Shown one piece after another: positions 58,027-64,000 of a DNA stretch of 64,000 nt; the stretch's first letter is position 1; each line of letters begins with the position of its first letter. The notes beneath the pieces were generated by a model. It made no database searches. It was not told the origin of the DNA and saw only the letters and a program-made list of their open reading frames with translations. A program made the position numbers and the translations under genes. This DNA comes from an uncultured Pseudomonadota bacterium (GTDB lineage: Bacteria; Vulcanimicrobiota; Vulcanimicrobiia; Eremiobacterales; Eremiobacteraceae), in the NCBI GenBank assembly GCA_963736005.1, contig CAVTNB010000003.1, positions 320,001 through 384,000 on the forward strand, written 5' to 3'.

Positions 58027-58433
58027 TGGATTTTCCAAAGTTTCAGGAACTTGTCACAAACCGCCACGGATTTGCCCAAATGGAGAACCCCAGTGCGACG
58101 GGAGAGTACTTCTCCGATTCGTGCGGTGACATGTATACGTTTTACGTGAAGATCGGCCCGGAAGAGCGGATCGACGATATAAGCTATTTTACGACCGGAT
58201 GCGGATTTGGCGTTGCGACCTGCGCCATTGTCACTTCCCTTGCTAAAGGAAGAACCGTTAGCGAAGCGGAGCAGATGACTCCGAAGGAAATAGAAGACTT
58301 CTTGGGTGGGTATCCTGAGAGAAAGCGCGACTATCCAGAACGCGTGCTCGAAGCGCTGCGCATCACCCTGGGAAACTACCGAAAGGCCGCACAACCGACA
58401 ACCGCGGCGGACTCGTTCTCCAAAATTCACTAG
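58026..58433 (+). CDS. NifU/IscU N-terminal-like protein (atypical)
   Basis: SCGDM and TGCG motifs, LAKG.TV.EA; no C-terminal Cys. Confidence 0.8.
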   Translation: MDFPKFQELVTNRHGFAQMENPSATGEYFSDSCGDMYTFYVKIGPEERIDDISYFTTGCGFGVATCAIVTSLAKGRTVSEAEQMTPKEIEDFLGGYPERKRDYPERVLEALRITLGNYRKAAQPTTAADSFSKIH

Positions 58434-58616
58434 ATTTTAACTCCGCAGAGCGACCATAGGGGAGCTTTGAAGCGTTCCTTAGTCGAAGCGTGCCGTTTGA
58501 GACAAATGTCACATCAGGGCAGATGGCAGACCGTGCGTTCGCGGTCCTCATGAAACGTCAGCTACGTAATAGTGGTAAGAGAAGGAAGAAAGGATCGGCA
58601 CGCGCCGGTCAAGATC

Positions 58617-59018
58617 ATGAAAACGAATACACTACCGCTTGGGCTCCGTAACGGGGTTATCAGCACCTCCGACGACTCGATCACCATCGGGTCGCGCCTC
58701 GACGTCTCAGGCGCGCGCCGGTTCGCGCGTGCCGTGACCCGCATCGCTTTGCGAAAACCAGCTCATGCGGTTATTGATCTGTCTCGCACGCGGACGGTCG
58801 ACTCGTCGGGCTTCGGCGCGCTTGTGTCGGGTCTGAAAAGGCTGAACGAGCACGGCGCAACCCCCATCGTTGTCTGTGCGAATTCTTCGGTTCGCCGGCT
58901 GATGGATTTCGCGGGAATCTCGCGCACCTTCACGATTGTCGAACGCATGAGCGACGCGCGTAAAATGCTCTCACAAGCCGCCGCCCACCACACGGCAACC
59001 GACGCCCTCGCGTCATGA
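58617..59018 (+). CDS. STAS domain anti-sigma-factor antagonist
   Basis: IDLS....VDSSGFGALV..LK. Confidence 0.85.
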   Translation: MKTNTLPLGLRNGVISTSDDSITIGSRLDVSGARRFARAVTRIALRKPAHAVIDLSRTRTVDSSGFGALVSGLKRLNEHGATPIVVCANSSVRRLMDFAGISRTFTIVERMSDARKMLSQAAAHHTATDALAS

Positions 59019-59179
59019 CCGGCATTAAAGTTTTCACCAGCCTCGAAGAAGCCCAAAAAGCAGGCTTTGTTGTTTTTGACCGCATCCCCGACGGCTATCT
59101 CGTGCGCAAGGATTTTGGGCAGACTTTCGCCCTCGCCATCGTCAAGCTCAAGCCATCAAAAGAACCGTCCAAGAATTAA
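59015..59179 (+). CDS. Small hypothetical protein (54 aa; not in the ORF track)
   Basis: ATGA overlap with the STAS stop; MTGIKVFTSLEEAQKAGFVVFDRIPDGYLVRKDFGQTFALAIVKLKPSKEPSKN. Confidence 0.7.
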   Translation: MTGIKVFTSLEEAQKAGFVVFDRIPDGYLVRKDFGQTFALAIVKLKPSKEPSKN

Positions 59180-59220
59180 AACGCGCGAATGAATTCGCGC
59201 GACTACATTAGAGTGGGCGT

Positions 59221-61833
59221 TTAGATTTCGAGGTTGAGAAACGTCTCGACTACTTTTGGGTCGAACTGCGTACCCGAGCAGGCCTTGAGCTCGTCCTTCG
59301 CTTCGTCGCGCGTTTTCTTGGGGCGATAGGGACGATCGCTGGTCATGGCCACGTAGGCTTCGATCACCGAGAGAATCCTGGAAAGCCGCGGGATGTCTTC
59401 TCCCGCGAGGCCCTGCGGGTAACCACTCCCGTCGTAGCGCTCCTGATGATGGCGAACCGTGGTAGCAATCGCTTCGCAGTCGCGCAAGCTGCTCAGCATC
59501 TGGTAGGCAAAATCCGGATGCTTTTTGATAATCTCATAGTCTTCTTTTTCCAGCTTACCAGGTTTACTGAGAATGAGGCCGGGGATGGCAAGCTCGCCGA
59601 TGTCGAGCAAGGCTGCCGAGCACAAGAGCACGTGGCGCTGGTGGTCGTCCATCTCGATCGCTGTGGCATACTTCGCCGCCAGATGATTGACTTTGATCAA
59701 CTGTTCCCGTTTCGTGCGCCCTGCGTTGGCTAGGGCCGCGATGAATGCAGCAAACGGCTGCAGCTCGCCTTCGAGCGATCCGATGAGGTCATCTGTCTTG
59801 ACGGCTTGCTGGGCCTCGCCACGCTTCGCTGCGTAGAGCGCCGCGTCGGCGACGCCGACGAGATCTTCTCGGCCCTCGCATTCGTCAGGATAGACGGCAA
59901 CACCGATGGAGAGCCGAACCGGGATTGACTGGCGCTCAGTGATGTCAAACGGCTTTCGCGCAATCTCCGCATTGAGCCGTTCCGCAAATCGCCACGCCGC
60001 CTCCCGATCGGTGTCGGGTAGTATCGCGCAAAACTCATCCCCACCGTAGCGCCCAATCCCATCGGTCTCTCGCGCGACGCGGCGCAGTACTGCCGCCACT
60101 TCTTTGAGGACACGGTCGCCCACCGGGTGGCCGTACGTGTCGTTGAACGCCTTGAACTTGTCGATGTCCATCATCAACAGCGACACCTTGGCGTTGGAGC
60201 GTCGAGCGCGCTTCAACTCGTACGCCAGCCGCTCCTGAACGGAACGCTGATGCGGCAATCCAGTCAGCGCATCGTTGTCGGCAAGCTCCTTGGCGCGTTC
60301 GTACAACTTGGCATTTTGCACCGCGACGGAAGACTGCTCTGCGATGGCGTTGAGCAGTTTGAGGTGCTGCTCGTCGTATGCATGGGCGATGTACGATTGG
60401 ATTGAAATCGCACCGATGATGCGGCCTCCCACGTTCATGGGAACGGCAACAATGGATTGCACCGTGGTTGGACCTTCGCCCACTCTTTTGGTGCTGAGCT
60501 TATCGCGCTCTTCGGTGTTTCGCACTAAAATCGGCTTGCCGCTTTCGATCACACGACCGACGATCGTTCCTTCAATGCTGTGCTTGGCAGGTGGGAAAAC
60601 GCGTTCGCCCTCGACTAGGTATTCGAGCGTCACGTCGCTCTCGCCGTCACCCGAACGCAACGCCACAAAAAACAACGGCGCATCGATGACTCGGCGCACT
60701 TGTTCGTGAATTTTTGCAAACACGCGATGCAGATCGAGCTCGGATGAAACGGCACTCGCTACTTCAACGAGCAAGTTGAGATCGGCAGCGCGCTGGGTAC
60801 TGGCTCGCAAGTTCTTCAGGTTTTCCACCGCGACCGCTGCTTGTTCCGAAATAGCTGTGAGCAAATCGCAATCCGTCTCGGAATACGAGTTGGCGCGCGG
60901 GCTTTGGACCGAAAGAACGCCGAGCACTCGATCGCCGAGCTTCATTGGAACGATGAGTGCCGAGGCCGGGTCCTGCGCATCGCCCAGCGTGACCGATCGG
61001 ACGGTGTTCCAATCTTCAGGCCGGCGGATGATCACTGGATGTCCTGACTTGAGGACATCTCCCGAAACGGTGGTCAGCGGTAGCCGTACGCGTTCTACCG
61101 AGCGGCGCCCGAACTCCGCGCTGTATTCAATCTCAAGCTGATCGCCATCTGGGGTCAGCAGGGCGGCCACAAAGAGAGACGCGTCCATCACCCGTCCCAC
61201 CAAAGTGTGGAACTTTGCGAACAAATCGCTTAGGTCCAAGCCGCTCGAGAGGGCACGCGCTGTTTCGAGCAACAGATTCAGCGCCTTCGCGCCGTGCTCG
61301 CAGAGCGCTGCTTCACGAGTGATTTCGAGATCTTGCCCGACGTGCACGGTGACCGTCTCCAGCAGCGTGCCATCGTAAGCTGCCAGCGGCGAGTCAGATT
61401 GAATGACGCAAAAACCATTGATTGCCCCTGCGACGCGAATGGGTGCGACCATTGCAAAGGCAAGGCGGCCTCGCGTGCTCCGCGCCGCGGGGTCGATATT
61501 GCGAACGCCCGCCACGGTGGGGAGTTCGCAGAGCTGCTCGGACGCCAACGCAAAGGCCAACGTCTGCGCATCAAGCGGCTCGGCGACTTGGAAGTTTCGA
61601 TCGGCATGATAGTGATAGTGGACGGGACTTGTCACGTCTCGATCGATCGTCGCGATCGTGAGGCGCCGAATGCCGCGCGCAAACAAAAGCTCGTGCAGCG
61701 CGGCAAACGCCTTCTCGCCGGTGGAATGGGCGAAGATCGTTGCCACGCGCCCAAGGGCACGCAGTTGCTCTGCGGCGGGATCGGGTTGGCTTGCCGCAGC
61801 GGTGGGCTCGTCGATGCTCAGGTGGTGTTCCAA
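59221..61833 (-). CDS. GAF-GAF-GGDEF-HD-GYP c-di-GMP signalling protein
   Basis: Two clear GAF repeats; DALTGL, DIDKFK.FNDTYGH, RETD I-site, RYGGDEF; HHQERYDGSGYP. Start uncertain. Confidence 0.9.
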   Translation of the reverse strand: MEHHLSIDEPTAAASQPDPAAEQLRALGRVATIFAHSTGEKAFAALHELLFARGIRRLTIATIDRDVTSPVHYHYHADRNFQVAEPLDAQTLAFALASEQLCELPTVAGVRNIDPAARSTRGRLAFAMVAPIRVAGAINGFCVIQSDSPLAAYDGTLLETVTVHVGQDLEITREAALCEHGAKALNLLLETARALSSGLDLSDLFAKFHTLVGRVMDASLFVAALLTPDGDQLEIEYSAEFGRRSVERVRLPLTTVSGDVLKSGHPVIIRRPEDWNTVRSVTLGDAQDPASALIVPMKLGDRVLGVLSVQSPRANSYSETDCDLLTAISEQAAVAVENLKNLRASTQRAADLNLLVEVASAVSSELDLHRVFAKIHEQVRRVIDAPLFFVALRSGDGESDVTLEYLVEGERVFPPAKHSIEGTIVGRVIESGKPILVRNTEERDKLSTKRVGEGPTTVQSIVAVPMNVGGRIIGAISIQSYIAHAYDEQHLKLLNAIAEQSSVAVQNAKLYERAKELADNDALTGLPHQRSVQERLAYELKRARRSNAKVSLLMMDIDKFKAFNDTYGHPVGDRVLKEVAAVLRRVARETDGIGRYGGDEFCAILPDTDREAAWRFAERLNAEIARKPFDITERQSIPVRLSIGVAVYPDECEGREDLVGVADAALYAAKRGEAQQAVKTDDLIGSLEGELQPFAAFIAALANAGRTKREQLIKVNHLAAKYATAIEMDDHQRHVLLCSAALLDIGELAIPGLILSKPGKLEKEDYEIIKKHPDFAYQMLSSLRDCEAIATTVRHHQERYDGSGYPQGLAGEDIPRLSRILSVIEAYVAMTSDRPYRPKKTRDEAKDELKACSGTQFDPKVVETFLNLEI

Positions 61834-62016
61834 ACTCCTTCGGTTCGTTCTCCATTCATTATCGGCAAAGCTGGCCAGCCGCCCATTGGGGCCTTGCGGC
61901 TTCTCACTTAAACCTCATCATATGCTATGGCCGCGGCCTGGGTCACAGTAGGGGTTTGGGATGCCTCGCGGCGTCACGAACCCCACTTTGGACTGTCTTA
62001 CGGATGGTGACCAATT

Positions 62017-62424
62017 ATGCAACCGCGTGATAAGTTTTTTAACGCCCTTTTTGCCATTCGATCGGCCGCAGAGCCGTCAGACTCCGAAGCGGTTGCGGTC
62101 GTTGCTGCCAGCGATCGACTCGACGCAGACGGTGTGGATACGCTGCGCTTGAAGCTGACGTCGTGCGCGCAAAGTGGGAGCTGGCGCTACGTCGTCGACC
62201 TCAGGCGGGTCAAGAAAATGGATTCTCTGGGGCTGGGCATGCTGGTCAGCGCACTGAGAACAATCCGAGACCTCGGCGGCGCTGTTGGCCTTGTGACGGC
62301 CTCGCCAAAACTGCAAAGCATCTTAGAACTGTGCACTCACAGTCGGTCGTGCAAGATCTACGCCCGCACAGGTGACGCTCTTGAGGCGCTGCGCAACGCG
62401 GCGCGACCAAACACCGCAGCCTAG
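62017..62424 (+). CDS. STAS domain anti-sigma-factor antagonist
   Basis: VVDL..V..MDSLGLGMLV. Confidence 0.8.
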   Translation: MQPRDKFFNALFAIRSAAEPSDSEAVAVVAASDRLDADGVDTLRLKLTSCAQSGSWRYVVDLRRVKKMDSLGLGMLVSALRTIRDLGGAVGLVTASPKLQSILELCTHSRSCKIYARTGDALEALRNAARPNTAA

Positions 62425-62469
62425 CCGACTCCGAAGGTCTGATTCCGGCTACCCGATAAAGAGCGACCC

Positions 62470-64000
62470 ATGCCCCGCGACATTCCGGTTGGCAACGGGT
62501 CGGTACTCATTACCTTCGACGGGCTCTATCAGCTGCGCGACATTTACTTTCCGTACGTTGGGGCAGAAAATCACAGCCCAGGCGATATTTGCCGCACAGG
62601 TATTTGGGTTGACGGGCGCTTTGCCTGGTTCTCCGATGATGCGTGGCAGCGAAACGTCGAATACGAAAAGGATTCGATCGTTAGCAACGTCACGTTGGAG
62701 AACGCTGACCTGATGCTGCGGGTGGCTTGCAATGATGCGGTTGACTTTGACCGCAACATCTTCTTTCGACGAATAACCGTTACCAATCTCGCCTTGATTG
62801 CCCGCGAGATTCGACTGTTTTTTCACTACGATCTCCACATCGAAGGCAATGAGGTGGGGGACACGTTCGCGTACCACCCGCACCTGGGCGCTTTGGTAGC
62901 GTATAAGCGGCGGCGCTATTTTCTCATGAACGGGCAAGTTGGCGATGAGACCGGCCACCATGTCGGAGTCTCATCGTGGGCTACCGGTCTGAAGGAAGTC
63001 AACGGGCTGGAAGGCACCTGGCGCGATGCCGAAGATGGGGTGCTCAGCCGGAATCCGATTGCTCAGGGTTCTGTGGATGGCACGATCGGACTGTATGCGC
63101 CAGGTATTGCCTCTTCCGAATCAGTGACCTTCTATCACTGGCTTGCGCTCGCCGAATCGTATCAAGACGTTCACGAACTCGACACGATCGTGCGCGAGAG
63201 AGGTCCCGCTCGCTTCATCGATCGGACGCGCGATTATTGGCGCTTGTGGATCAATAAAGAGCCGGTTGACTATGCCGATCTCGAAGACCGGCTCGTCGAG
63301 CAGTACAAGCGCAGCCTCTTGGTAATGCGCACGCAGATCGACAATCACGGCGCAATCATCGCGGCCAACGACACCGATATCTTGCGGTTCTCCCGCGATA
63401 CGTACTCGTACATGTGGCCGCGCGATGGTGCGCTGGTTTCAACCGCGCTCATTCGTGCTGATTATCAGGCGCTGGCAGCCAGCTTTCTCACGTTTTGTGC
63501 TAATGCGATGACCGCCGGTGGGTACTTGCTTCACAAGTACAACCCGGACGGATCCCTTGGTTCATCGTGGCATCCTTGGATGGATGGCAATGGTCGAGAA
63601 CAGCTGCCCATTCAAGAAGACGAAACGGCGCTCGTCCTCTACACCCTCTGGGAGCACTACAGAAGGTACCGCGACGTCGAGGTGATCCGACCGCTCTATC
63701 GCCAGATCATCACGGGGGCGGCAGACTTTATGTGTCGCTACCGCGATCCCGTGACGAAGCTGCCCTTGGCCTCGTACGATCTTTGGGAGGAGCGCCATGG
63801 GGTCCATGCGTTCACCGTCGGCGCCGTCTGGGCAGGGCTGCGCGCCGCCGCGCAGTTCACCGATTTGTTTGGCGAAGCGCGCCGCTCCGCGATGTACAAT
63901 ACGATCGCCGACGAAATCAGCGCCGCTGCCGGAAAGTATTTGTGGGCCGGCGATCTTGGGCGGTTTGTCCGCATGATCAACTTCAAGCCCGACGGCAGCG
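62470..64000 (+). CDS. Glycoside hydrolase family 15 (glucoamylase-like), truncated by the window end
   Basis: MPRDIPVGNG...RDIYFPYVG.ENH, GAIIAANDTDI, YSYMWPRDG, HKYNPDGSLGSSWHPW, PIQEDET, SYDLWEER. Confidence 0.9.
   Translation, partial: MPRDIPVGNGSVLITFDGLYQLRDIYFPYVGAENHSPGDICRTGIWVDGRFAWFSDDAWQRNVEYEKDSIVSNVTLENADLMLRVACNDAVDFDRNIFFRRITVTNLALIAREIRLFFHYDLHIEGNEVGDTFAYHPHLGALVAYKRRRYFLMNGQVGDETGHHVGVSSWATGLKEVNGLEGTWRDAEDGVLSRNPIAQGSVDGTIGLYAPGIASSESVTFYHWLALAESYQDVHELDTIVRERGPARFIDRTRDYWRLWINKEPVDYADLEDRLVEQYKRSLLVMRTQIDNHGAIIAANDTDILRFSRDTYSYMWPRDGALVSTALIRADYQALAASFLTFCANAMTAGGYLLHKYNPDGSLGSSWHPWMDGNGREQLPIQEDETALVLYTLWEHYRRYRDVEVIRPLYRQIITGAADFMCRYRDPVTKLPLASYDLWEERHGVHAFTVGAVWAGLRAAAQFTDLFGEARRSAMYNTIADEISAAAGKYLWAGDLGRFVRMINFKPDGS

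Noticed and set aside
1..64000. Numerous antisense and alternative-frame ORFs in the track; rRNA and tRNA genes
   Set aside because: The ORFs are shadows of well-supported genes in GC-rich DNA, and no rRNA or tRNA signatures were recognised.

Overview
This is a 64-kb bacterial chromosomal window of moderately high GC. The protein families (the TonB receptor type, Vgb-like and 'LAGCGGGG' lipoproteins, small conserved proteins) suggest Candidatus Eremiobacterota/Vulcanimicrobiota; this is inference. From about 14.8 kb onward the window is mostly housekeeping: marR-emrAB efflux, a FecR/Ig-repeat surface protein, ETF-QO, GH125, hflX, rmuC, ogt, dacB, dinB, meaB, typA, a suf operon with divergent sufR, a STAS/GGDEF/HD-GYP cluster and a truncated GH15. 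It is sprinkled with at least four families of GTAG-footed REP palindromes. ETF-QO, sufB and sufC carry several single-base frameshifts, probably long-read errors. The main discovery candidate is the first 14.7 kb. It appears to be a head-to-tail array of transposase-free cargo elements with GGG(G)TA-starting terminal inverted repeats: the right end of an element at ~317-357, an element at ~370-11643, and an element at 11657-14721. The elements are separated by 12-15-bp copies of one target-like sequence (CCAGACGTTCGACC) and carry polarised subterminal CCGGACGTT repeats. The architecture resembles repeated site-specific insertion by casposon-like (Cas1-mobilised) elements, but no mobilising enzyme is present in the window, so that assignment is a hypothesis.
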